64,000 nt of DNA, taken from the UHGV virus genome UHGV-0179428; one strand, written 5' to 3'. This DNA is from a virus. The notes below the pieces were generated by a model. That model was given only the letters and a program-made list of their open reading frames with translations, made no database searches and had not been told where the DNA came from. Below, piece after piece: positions 48,969-57,577 of this stretch. Position 1 is the stretch's first letter; every line of letters starts with the position of its first letter. The position numbers and the translations under genes are program-made.

Positions 48969-49633
48969 GACGGATGGCCTATGTTGTTACCGATATGCAT
49001 CGCTTTTAGGTACGCCGACCACGTACGCGTTGCTTTAGAACTCGTTCGCTCCGCTCCAGGCAAATCAATACGCCCTTTACCGGTTTGGCGCAGCGATTGA
49101 TAGAAAGCACGTTGTAGTGCGTCGTTACCACCACGCGCCCACAAGAACTCTTTCAGTGTCCAATCGTGACCATCGGAGTACATGATGTATGCTTCTGGGA
49201 AGGACACCCCGGATGCTTTGGAAGGTCCGACGACTTGACCGGAGAGTTTATCGCGAACTTTGTCGTTTTTCGCAACCGCCATTTTCTTTTCTTGCATCTG
49301 TGTCTGACGACGGACAGGCAAGCGTAAGACTAAGTGAGGGTAACGAGTACGATGATAAACGCCCGTTTTTGGTTCTGTTAACCAGAGTCGTTGCTCCAGG
49401 TTTACCCCGAGAATTTTGCACACCTCGATATTGCGCAGGTGATCAATTTCGACTTTACTTCCCACCGGGTTGTAAATAGGTAAACCGTTACGAAGTCGGT
49501 TAAACTGTTCGTCGGTCATTCGTGCGAAGGCTTTCTTCGCGGCTTCAGCATTAATGCCAGAAGGGTCTACCAACTTTAAGATTTGTAAGGCGTAGGCTTC
49601 CGCCTTTTTACGCCGCGCTGGTTCGAGTTTCAT
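48965..49633 (-). CDS. hypothetical protein (222 aa)
   Basis: ATGA overlap with downstream gene. Confidence 0.5.
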   Translation of the reverse strand: MKLEPARRKKAEAYALQILKLVDPSGINAEAAKKAFARMTDEQFNRLRNGLPIYNPVGSKVEIDHLRNIEVCKILGVNLEQRLWLTEPKTGVYHRTRYPHLVLRLPVRRQTQMQEKKMAVAKNDKVRDKLSGQVVGPSKASGVSFPEAYIMYSDGHDWTLKEFLWARGGNDALQRAFYQSLRQTGKGRIDLPGAERTSSKATRTWSAYLKAMHIGNNIGHPS

Positions 49634-49907
49634 TGTCTACCGCCTTACGTAAATTGGATAACGTTTCTGCTTCAAGCAGGTCAATCCAGTAGCTGATAGC
49701 TTCCGTGTTTTCAGGAAGTTCGGAACGTACTGGCGCATACCCGTAACGTACTAATAGATTCGAGTAATACTCAGCGACCTTTAAACAAAAGGATTCCAGA
49801 TCGGGAAACGGGTGAGTGAAGGCTTCACGAAATTCGGCCGCTGTTTCTAAATTAACACTTGCCAATCCTTCACTTAAGCGTTCCACAATCTCCGTTTGAT
49901 AACGCAT
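49608..49907 (-). CDS. hypothetical protein (99 aa)
   Basis: AAGGAG RBS directly after the hairpin. Confidence 0.45.
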   Translation of the reverse strand: MRYQTEIVERLSEGLASVNLETAAEFREAFTHPFPDLESFCLKVAEYYSNLLVRYGYAPVRSELPENTEAISYWIDLLEAETLSNLRKAVDNETRTSAA

Positions 49908-49914
49908 GATGACT

Positions 49915-49938
49915 CCTTAGGTCGGGTAGGGTAAACCC
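49915..49938 (-). promoter_or_regulatory. Intergenic stem-loop abutting an RBS
   Basis: CGGGTAGGG-TAAA-CCCTACCCG; on the minus strand followed by CCTAAGGAGTCATC-ATG, no U-tract. Confidence 0.4.
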
Positions 49939-49951
49939 TACCCGAGCCTAT

Positions 49952-51448
49952 TTATTTCTTTTTCGTCAGGAACTTCGGTTCTAGTCCATCGACAGCCATA
50001 CCCAGAATGGTACGTGCAGTCAGTGTACGTTTACCGCCTTTGGTTTCCTGGTCTTTAAACATCCAGTATTCTACCGTGTTGTCCAGAATTTCATTCCAGT
50101 CCCACTTCTCGTCAATCAGTTTGTAAATCTCACCCATGCTGAGATGATACTTCATTTCAAGACGATGGTAGTTGTTTTGCATATACGCAATTGCCGCAGT
50201 GATTTCTAAAGCGCGACGTAAGCGGGCGTTATCAGAAATCATATCACGGATCGTCGTGCGTTGGAATTTCACACCAGGTAGAATATCCAGTTCTTTGATG
50301 GAACCGCCACTACCGCTTGATGTGAAACCAAAGTCTGACTTCTTCAGCGTGTCACTTAAATAGTGCCACAGGCTCAGGTGATATAGCAGACCCATTTCCT
50401 GAGAGAAGATCATCTGAAATTTCACACCGGTGTGACCACCCTTCGCACGATACTGGGTAAAGGTGATAATCTTCAAGTCGTTTACCGACGCATTCATCGC
50501 TTTAGAACGTGACGTCGGATAAAGTTCTTCGTTAACACCGGTCTGTGCGTTATAGCTCTGGTCTTTCTTCAGTTCCCCTGATTTCGTCGCGACGATAAAA
50601 GAGTTTGTTAAAAAGCTAAGCTGACGGCGAGGAATACCTGCGAATTTGAGGTCATCGTTGGCGTCGTCGAGAATTTTTGCATTTGCTTTTTGTGCCTGTC
50701 GGCCACCCGCCATCGCTTTCCCAGAGTCATCGGCCATCTGTGCCACGAAGCCCATGTAAAAACCACCGCGTGCAAACGCAGACGGCCAGCGGCTCATCAT
50801 ATTCGATTTCTGCAGCGCATCGTGAGCGTTCAGGATGTTCTGATCAGAATCCCCGATATCCGTTTTTGCGTGTTTGTCTTCCAGCGAACTAGAATGCCAC
50901 TCTGACAGGGAGTCGATAGAATAAAGCCAGGGGTCCAGGATTTCTTTTAACTTGCGACGAACCGGATCGGGGAACGGTGTTACGCGGGTCTTACCAGACA
51001 TATACTGTTTGAAGCGTTTTTCAACTTCATCACGAATATAATCACTGTAATACTGTTCCCCAGGCATTACGTCAGAACCGACCAGGTTATAACGACCTTC
51101 GTGGATAAGTTCCAGTACGGTTGTTCCGTCGTCGATACCGTTGGCGTTCATGGCAGAGATGTACCCAGTTTCTAAACGATCGAGGGCAGCGGACACTTCT
51201 GTATCGTACTTAGAACCCCACTCTGCTTTATAACGTTGCAGGATTTGGAAGATACAGAAATCTAACAAGGTGGATTTAAAGGTGTTACCGCGACCTGCGA
51301 AACCCATGATGTGGGCAAAACCACCGTTAAGGTAGTACAAACCATCTTCACCTTTTTCGTAGTTACCTAAGGCATGATCCATGATGGTGTAAACGTTAAA
51401 ACGTGGACGAATTACTTCACCGATAACTTGCTTAGTTGGGCCTGCCAT
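49952..51448 (-). CDS. RecA/UvsX-like ATPase (tentative)
   Basis: Deviant Walker A AGRGNTFKST resembles T4 UvsX AGPSKSFKSN; Walker B-like LYSIDSLSEW resembles UvsX VFIDSLGNL. Confidence 0.4.
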   Translation of the reverse strand: MAGPTKQVIGEVIRPRFNVYTIMDHALGNYEKGEDGLYYLNGGFAHIMGFAGRGNTFKSTLLDFCIFQILQRYKAEWGSKYDTEVSAALDRLETGYISAMNANGIDDGTTVLELIHEGRYNLVGSDVMPGEQYYSDYIRDEVEKRFKQYMSGKTRVTPFPDPVRRKLKEILDPWLYSIDSLSEWHSSSLEDKHAKTDIGDSDQNILNAHDALQKSNMMSRWPSAFARGGFYMGFVAQMADDSGKAMAGGRQAQKANAKILDDANDDLKFAGIPRRQLSFLTNSFIVATKSGELKKDQSYNAQTGVNEELYPTSRSKAMNASVNDLKIITFTQYRAKGGHTGVKFQMIFSQEMGLLYHLSLWHYLSDTLKKSDFGFTSSGSGGSIKELDILPGVKFQRTTIRDMISDNARLRRALEITAAIAYMQNNYHRLEMKYHLSMGEIYKLIDEKWDWNEILDNTVEYWMFKDQETKGGKRTLTARTILGMAVDGLEPKFLTKKK

Positions 51449-51463
51449 TTAGCGCTCCGATAA

Positions 51464-51763
51464 TTAACGATTCTTGGTCGGAAGAAGGAGACGGCGGTTG
51501 TGCCAGAATTCAAAGTAGGTCTCTACCCACTCAGTAACTTCTTCCGCATTTTCAGGATAAGGGTTTTCAATAGACTCGAAACGGCGTTTATTACGCTCGT
51601 CAATTTCCAGTTCCATAACACGTTTACCGCTCGGGCACGACGTTACGCTCAAGACTTTTCCAACTTGAATAGGTTTACCGTTCTGACCTTTTTTAACAGG
51701 CGTCAGATAAATTTCCGGTTCTAAACGCGGTGTGGTGTTTCGAGTCAGTAATTTGATTTTCAT
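51464..51763 (-). CDS. hypothetical protein (99 aa)
   Basis: ORF only. Confidence 0.45.
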   Translation of the reverse strand: MKIKLLTRNTTPRLEPEIYLTPVKKGQNGKPIQVGKVLSVTSCPSGKRVMELEIDERNKRRFESIENPYPENAEEVTEWVETYFEFWHNRRLLLPTKNR

Positions 51764-51861
51764 CGAGCTTTACCTTTATGGAAGAGTCTCGGTCATAAGG
51801 TTTGGGTGAACTGTAAAAAGACTTTACTATGTAACCCTGACTTATAATCCGAGGTTTTAGA

Positions 51862-52617
51862 ATGAATGTAAATCCACTTGCAGCGTTATCTAGCTTCGCC
51901 GCTAAAGCGTCTGCAATCTTACCGAAAGGGTTTAGTGGCCCTCAACAAGAGATTGCATTAACCACTTATGACGAGATGTCGGACGTTTCCAAGTGGATGC
52001 AACAAGAAAAATTCCTACACTTTGCGGGAATGTTGGTTATCGTCCCACCTGGGTTTAATACCTACGTGATGGATCACTTGAACCGCTTAGAATCCGTATG
52101 GAGTTCACTACAAAACATCTATACGGGTATTCTGCTGCCGGTCGATAAACAACTTTCGGCCCTTACACATGATGTGGGGGTACTGTCATTACCGATTGGT
52201 TTCCGTTACAAAAATGTTAATTTGCCGTTACGTAATGTTAACCCGAAAGACCTGGTTAACTTATTAGCGAAATCGTACACTAATAACGTTATTGACCAGC
52301 GACCAATTGAGAAGACGTACCACAGCGCGTCTGAGATTGACGTTGCGTTCAATCGTGCTAAGGCACTGAACGTTGAAATTACGAAACGTTTACGGACGAA
52401 CATCGACAAGTCAATCGAGTCCATTCGCACCACGTCAGAAATCTTGTCTGAACAAAACATTCATCCGAATGTAGCAAAAGAACTGACGATGATGTTAGAT
52501 TTTGCATCCGATTGGGTGGAGTTGTTTGGTCTGTTCATGAAACAGGTTAACGAGTTAATCGAATGCCTGAACGTTACTGCCGAACGCTTAAAAGCGCTTA
52601 AGGCAAACAAAAAATAA
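51862..52617 (+). CDS. hypothetical protein (251 aa)
   Basis: AGGTTTTAGA-ATG; terminator downstream. Confidence 0.5.
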   Translation: MNVNPLAALSSFAAKASAILPKGFSGPQQEIALTTYDEMSDVSKWMQQEKFLHFAGMLVIVPPGFNTYVMDHLNRLESVWSSLQNIYTGILLPVDKQLSALTHDVGVLSLPIGFRYKNVNLPLRNVNPKDLVNLLAKSYTNNVIDQRPIEKTYHSASEIDVAFNRAKALNVEITKRLRTNIDKSIESIRTTSEILSEQNIHPNVAKELTMMLDFASDWVELFGLFMKQVNELIECLNVTAERLKALKANKK

Positions 52618-52662
52618 AAAAGTAAAGTTACCCCTAGACCACACGGTCTAGGGGTAAACTAT
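52618..52662. terminator. Bidirectional intrinsic terminator
   Basis: Stem CCCCTAGACC/GGTCTAGGGG flanked by T-tracts in both orientations. Confidence 0.7.
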
Positions 52663-53562
52663 TTATTTCCCACGATAAAATCCAGAAATGTAACTCGGCG
52701 CTATCCATCGCCATTCGCGCCAGCGCATTTCTGACATTTTACCACACCATACACGCTTCCAATGCGCACGACGGATATGTGCGGCGCAATAAATCGCCAA
52801 ACAAACCTCGTGTCCTTCCTTGCGCTGCTGCTCTATATCTTCCCATTGTACCGGACTTACATCTAAAACGACAGCTTCACTACGTGGGCGAATTTCTGTA
52901 TCAGGAACATAACGAATGGACCTTCCGCGAAATTCTTTCTTCTCGCGCTCAGTTCGTTTAATTCGCGATGAAAGATATAGCCCGATGTAGACCGCGTCGA
53001 GTAGTCGTTGATTCTCCTTAACCGAAGTAAGGAGCGGCTTTAACTCCACGAAATCGTCATTACTTTTATCGATTGTGTAAATCTCAAACTCCATGTATAC
53101 CGTCTCGTCATGTTCTTCGCATGACATCACAAAGAGAACTTCTTCACCTTCGTAAAGACGTCTTCCGATAAATAACGTGATTGGACTTTCGTCGAGATTT
53201 ACAGTAACCGAGAAAGTAAATGAAGGGATGGTTTCTATCCAGAAGTACGGGATATTTTTTAGTCTCTCAGTTTTTGCTAAGAGCGCCATCAATTCTTCAT
53301 CCGAGATGATTTCAACAGCGGCGTATTGCCATCCTAGTCCCAGGGACTGCTTAATCAGTCTTGGAATCTGTTCGGTAACGCCATACTCACGATAGGTCGG
53401 ATCTTTAACTGGCATAAACGTTACGGGTATTTGACGTTTATGCTCGTTAATGAACCGAATAAAGCGACACTGATCTAATCCGTGAATTGTTTGGTGTGCC
53501 TTTTCTATTTGTTCGCTCATGCGTCTTAGCGCTTTCCCGTAAAGTCTATTATTCGTTGTCAT
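52663..53562 (-). CDS. hypothetical protein, paralog B (299 aa, start adjusted)
   Basis: ATG at 53562 with AGGAG RBS; C-terminal AAHIRRAHWKRVW...W.W...P shared with the neighbouring gene. Confidence 0.5.
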   Translation of the reverse strand: MTTNNRLYGKALRRMSEQIEKAHQTIHGLDQCRFIRFINEHKRQIPVTFMPVKDPTYREYGVTEQIPRLIKQSLGLGWQYAAVEIISDEELMALLAKTERLKNIPYFWIETIPSFTFSVTVNLDESPITLFIGRRLYEGEEVLFVMSCEEHDETVYMEFEIYTIDKSNDDFVELKPLLTSVKENQRLLDAVYIGLYLSSRIKRTEREKKEFRGRSIRYVPDTEIRPRSEAVVLDVSPVQWEDIEQQRKEGHEVCLAIYCAAHIRRAHWKRVWCGKMSEMRWREWRWIAPSYISGFYRGK

Positions 53563-53587
53563 TTTAATACTCCTAAACACTTTTAGC

Positions 53588-54514
53588 TTAATTGTGGGGT
53601 ACGTAGCCACGGACAAAGGTAGGTGGAATCCAACAAAGTTTTCTCTTTCTTTCACCATTTCTAGGGCCGACCCAATATCTGCGCCAGTGAGCGCGACGGA
53701 TGTGGGCAGCCTTAGCATGTTTGATACCCTGCATGGTTTTCAAGTCAGTGTTAAACCCTTTTAGATAATTCACTTGTCCTGGCGTGATATCTATCTTAAC
53801 ATCGCGTTCACGAGGTTTAACGTCGTAACTAATACTACCGTTCTTTTTGATTTCCTTGAACTTAATATCATTAAAAGACTCCCTGTAATTGGGCGGGATT
53901 AGCGTACACAGAAAAATCATCGAAGTAGCGGCTTTGGCCAGAGATAGCCATAGCATCTTTTCTTGTTCGGTCCGTACGCCAGTTGTATAATCGATTTCAA
54001 CAAGCCCGTTTCCAACACTACATATCTCTAACGAGCAGGTGGCGATTGTGGTAACGCCTTCTGTTAACCCGTAATCAGTATTTGTAGCAATTATAATAAA
54101 CCTTCTCTTCCCGTTTTTTCGATAGCCGAGAAAGAAAGTCTCATCCTCTTTACCTACGTCGATTGCTACAGTCCATGTGGGTATAAAGTCCAACCATTCT
54201 TCAGGGAATTTACTGGGCATCTCAGTCTCGAAAACAAGTTCTCTAAGTGCTTGGTTGGATATTAAGGAAGCGCCACCGTATAGCCATCCAATTGCCAATG
54301 TTTGAGCGTGAAGGGAACGGGGATCTTTGAGACCTAACTCGGCGTCGTAGGGTATAAAGGCATTAGTTAAATGCTTACGATTCTTTTTTATCCATTTCGA
54401 GACGGGATTTTCTTTTGTTTGATTTTCTTCCATGACATTTTCTAGATGCTGACACCCCATTTGTCTAAGGCAGTCTTTAATACCTTTTACTTTTTTACTT
54501 TTGTACAAATACAT
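53588..54514 (-). CDS. hypothetical protein, paralog A (308 aa)
   Basis: TAGGAGA RBS; C-terminal AAHIRRAHWRRYW...W...P motif. Confidence 0.5.
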   Translation of the reverse strand: MYLYKSKKVKGIKDCLRQMGCQHLENVMEENQTKENPVSKWIKKNRKHLTNAFIPYDAELGLKDPRSLHAQTLAIGWLYGGASLISNQALRELVFETEMPSKFPEEWLDFIPTWTVAIDVGKEDETFFLGYRKNGKRRFIIIATNTDYGLTEGVTTIATCSLEICSVGNGLVEIDYTTGVRTEQEKMLWLSLAKAATSMIFLCTLIPPNYRESFNDIKFKEIKKNGSISYDVKPRERDVKIDITPGQVNYLKGFNTDLKTMQGIKHAKAAHIRRAHWRRYWVGPRNGERKRKLCWIPPTFVRGYVPHN

Positions 54515-54534
54515 GGTTTATTCTCCTAAAATGG

Positions 54535-54573
54535 TTAAAAATAAAGTAACCCTAGCCGAAGCTAGGGCGTGTA
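54535..54573 (-). terminator. Intrinsic terminator
   Basis: Stem CCCTAGC-CGAA-GCTAGGG followed by a T-tract on the minus strand. Confidence 0.65.
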
Positions 54574-55062
54574 TTAGTCGATTTTGACGTAATCTGGATA
54601 ATTGGCTTTTAACCACTCCCATAGTTGCAGAGCAAGTTGGTTTTCGTTACGCTTGATGATTTCTACGATTTCGTTCAAGAGAGAGTCTTCAACCCAAATC
54701 CGGGTATAAAATTTTTCCCATTCCGGTTCTGTATAAGGGACTAGCGGAGTAGGGAATCGACCCATGTGGTACGCATCAGAAACTTTCTTTAAGAACTCGT
54801 TGCGACCATGGCGTAGACGTTGCCGAACGTCTGTTTCTGTTATGCGCTTGCTTGATGGATCGAAGAAGTCAAGTATGATAAATATGTATCCAAATAAGCT
54901 CTGAGAAGAAAAGTAGGACGCGGCGTAGTCCGCCATCCAGGGAGTGTCTACAACCAACGGAGTCAACTTTTCTTCAATTTCTTTTCTTACACGTGTTTCG
55001 TTATTGAGAAATTCATGTACGAAATCGGTGTCACGAATATCGAAGATATGATTTAAGTTCAT
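54574..55062 (-). CDS. hypothetical protein (162 aa)
   Basis: ORF only. Confidence 0.5.
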   Translation of the reverse strand: MNLNHIFDIRDTDFVHEFLNNETRVRKEIEEKLTPLVVDTPWMADYAASYFSSQSLFGYIFIILDFFDPSSKRITETDVRQRLRHGRNEFLKKVSDAYHMGRFPTPLVPYTEPEWEKFYTRIWVEDSLLNEIVEIIKRNENQLALQLWEWLKANYPDYVKID

Positions 55063-55063
55063 T

Positions 55064-55588
55064 TTATTGTCCTAATATTGGGGAGAGCCTGTCTGCGGTG
55101 ACTAACAACGCTTTTGTAATTTCGTGGTTGGTCTCTTTTAGGATGGCGCAGCAGAGAGTGGTATAAACCTCGATTGCTAACGCGATTTCTTGTTCAGTCA
55201 GGCACGGTTCGGTACCGTCAATCCCGTAACGTTGCGCCGCATACTCAATTTCAAGTTTCAAACGTTTTCGTAGTGCTTCGTCATCAGTTAAACGCGTACA
55301 CGCCCGATCGAAACGTCTATTGTAAGCCTCGATCTTGTGGACAATTTCACGTCGCAGTTGGTCGACATTTACGTTATCATCAAGAGTGATGGTGACGTTG
55401 TCAACTAAACAGTAATGCACTGTGTGTCGTAAGTTGTGTAATGTGGCGACAGTAACGACCCGCTCCTGATGGTCGCTAAAGCCGTGAGCACCACAGAGCT
55501 TGCGTGCAACTGCGCCGGAGATTTTCTCCTCTAGCGCTATCGGTGTGGCAATGGTTGTTTTCTTACGAAGCTGAATTAAAATATCCAC
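55064..55588 (-). CDS. hypothetical protein (174 aa)
   Basis: ORF only. Confidence 0.5.
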   Translation of the reverse strand: MDILIQLRKKTTIATPIALEEKISGAVARKLCGAHGFSDHQERVVTVATLHNLRHTVHYCLVDNVTITLDDNVNVDQLRREIVHKIEAYNRRFDRACTRLTDDEALRKRLKLEIEYAAQRYGIDGTEPCLTEQEIALAIEVYTTLCCAILKETNHEITKALLVTADRLSPILGQ

Positions 55589-55590
55589 GT

Positions 55591-56133
55591 TTATACTCCT
55601 TTAGGTTGACCGTATTTTGATGACAGGTAGATGAGCTCAGCATGGCAGATTTTCTCAACTAACCCGAGTGACTCAAGGAAAATATCCCGGATACGAGACA
55701 TTGTTTCGTTGGTAAGAATATCGCTCCAACACGTTGTGTCTATTATATCCGTCGTTGAAGATTGTCGCTGCAATATGGCGACATACACTTCATCGAGGGT
55801 ATCTGGAGCATTATTCTGTAAGTAATGCGCGGCATGTAGAAAGGCTTTCTCAAGAATCAGGTGAATATCCGTATCGGGATCAGTTACCCGCACTAAATGT
55901 GGGTATGTCATGGCCGAATGGATTTTTCGTTCTAACTGTTCAATGAGATTATTCACCATCGCTTCTGAATCCAGGATAGTAATTTCAACCCCACTGTGTT
56001 CTTCAGAAATCTTGTTCTCATGTACTGCTATCGCGTCGTGCAGTTCAAACGCAACGCGGCTACGCATCTCACTTAACAGTTTGTTTAATTTGCCCCGTGA
56101 CTCACTGAGTGAGAAATCGATAAGTATTTTCAT
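55591..56133 (-). CDS. hypothetical protein (180 aa, start adjusted)
   Basis: ATG at 56133 preferred over the GTG at 56163. Confidence 0.45.
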   Translation of the reverse strand: MKILIDFSLSESRGKLNKLLSEMRSRVAFELHDAIAVHENKISEEHSGVEITILDSEAMVNNLIEQLERKIHSAMTYPHLVRVTDPDTDIHLILEKAFLHAAHYLQNNAPDTLDEVYVAILQRQSSTTDIIDTTCWSDILTNETMSRIRDIFLESLGLVEKICHAELIYLSSKYGQPKGV

Positions 56134-56134
56134 G

Positions 56135-56872
56135 TTAATAGCCCTGATAAATGATGTCGTCACGGTCTTTACGTAACTGGCAGTATGTTACGTCAGCACC
56201 GTTAGGGATTTGTACGCCAGCGTCTTCAAGATAAATAACACCAGTCTGATTACAGAAATAAAAAGACCACAAGTACGGATTGCCTTGACAACTGTTTTCA
56301 CGATGATCGAAGGGCCAATAACCACGATACAATTCGTCGTAATCACCACGCTCGATACCAAAAGCAACCATTTCTTTTTCCCACAATCTGCTTTCGGCGT
56401 CGTAAATCGAAAACCAGAAACCGACGAGGTTCTTTGTCCGTTTAACGTTCATTAAGTCGTTATAAATGGGGAAGAGTGCTTTATTGAAACTTTCTAACAT
56501 CTCTGGAGAGAGTAGAAAGTTCACGTAGTATTCTAGCCATTGATAAACGGCTTCCCAGACATCTTCAGAAGAGAAATGCTCGAATACGGCGTCATCACAA
56601 TCGTAGTTATCGAAGACCCCTGAGAGATCTATTATGACGTCGCGAAGGTCAAAGTTTCGGTTGGTATTGACAGCCTCAATAACTTCGGAGATAAGACGAG
56701 TAAAGACGTTTGTGCAGGCAGTCTGTGCGGTATAAAAGAATTCTCCTTGTACGGTTGACCACTTTGGGTCCTTCAAATGTTCATTGAAGTATTGTGGCCA
56801 AATTTTATAAAAGATTCCCTCGAACAACGAGGGATTGATACGTTGTAATTGAGGGACATAAACTTTCAGCAT
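56135..56872 (-). CDS. hypothetical protein (245 aa)
   Basis: Recurring intergenic motif upstream. Confidence 0.5.
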   Translation of the reverse strand: MLKVYVPQLQRINPSLFEGIFYKIWPQYFNEHLKDPKWSTVQGEFFYTAQTACTNVFTRLISEVIEAVNTNRNFDLRDVIIDLSGVFDNYDCDDAVFEHFSSEDVWEAVYQWLEYYVNFLLSPEMLESFNKALFPIYNDLMNVKRTKNLVGFWFSIYDAESRLWEKEMVAFGIERGDYDELYRGYWPFDHRENSCQGNPYLWSFYFCNQTGVIYLEDAGVQIPNGADVTYCQLRKDRDDIIYQGY

Positions 56873-56908
56873 TTTAATAACTCCAATGGTGTTACACCTG
56901 GATAATAT

Positions 56909-57577
56909 CTATCTAAGAATATTTTTAGCGAAAAAAGGATCGACTGTAAACTCCTTCACCTGTGAGTCATAACCCGAATGTATCTGATCGCTACTGAGCA
57001 AATACTGGTCTAAATCGTGCGGAAGAATCCAAGAATCACCTTGCTTAAAAATACCATAATCTGTTGTTCCAGAGGAAAAAACGATTTCCTCTGGAGACGA
57101 ATAGATGTGGCGTAAGGCAAGATCGGACGGCTTTAACACGATTAATCTAACGGGATGTTGACTGACTGCCTCTTTAATAAACTGTTCACGATTAAACCAA
57201 ATTATTTTTTCGGGGTAAGTTTCGAATTCAGCCCATGTCCGCGTGATAACTAATTTGGAAATCTTTCTCAATTCTTCAGAATGCTCTGCGTAGCCGATAC
57301 ACTCCTTGCGCACTTCATGATTTTCTACCGATGCTGTGAATTTTTGGAATAGGTGTTGTTGGAAAAAGCCGTTCTCCGGGATATCACAACCCGCGTTGTA
57401 TAGTGCAATGATCTCCCACAACAACGAAAGAGAAAACACAAATGCTAACTTTTCCACAACTTCCCAATCTTCGGAGTAAGGGGCTTTAAAGCCCCAATAC
57501 TGCCGTGCGTTATACATAAAGTGAGTTTGTAAAAACCGAGGGGCTTTTGACAAGACCTCACTATAAACGATCAGCAT
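56909..57577 (-). CDS. hypothetical protein (222 aa)
   Basis: ORF only. Confidence 0.5.
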   Translation of the reverse strand: MLIVYSEVLSKAPRFLQTHFMYNARQYWGFKAPYSEDWEVVEKLAFVFSLSLLWEIIALYNAGCDIPENGFFQQHLFQKFTASVENHEVRKECIGYAEHSEELRKISKLVITRTWAEFETYPEKIIWFNREQFIKEAVSQHPVRLIVLKPSDLALRHIYSSPEEIVFSSGTTDYGIFKQGDSWILPHDLDQYLLSSDQIHSGYDSQVKEFTVDPFFAKNILR

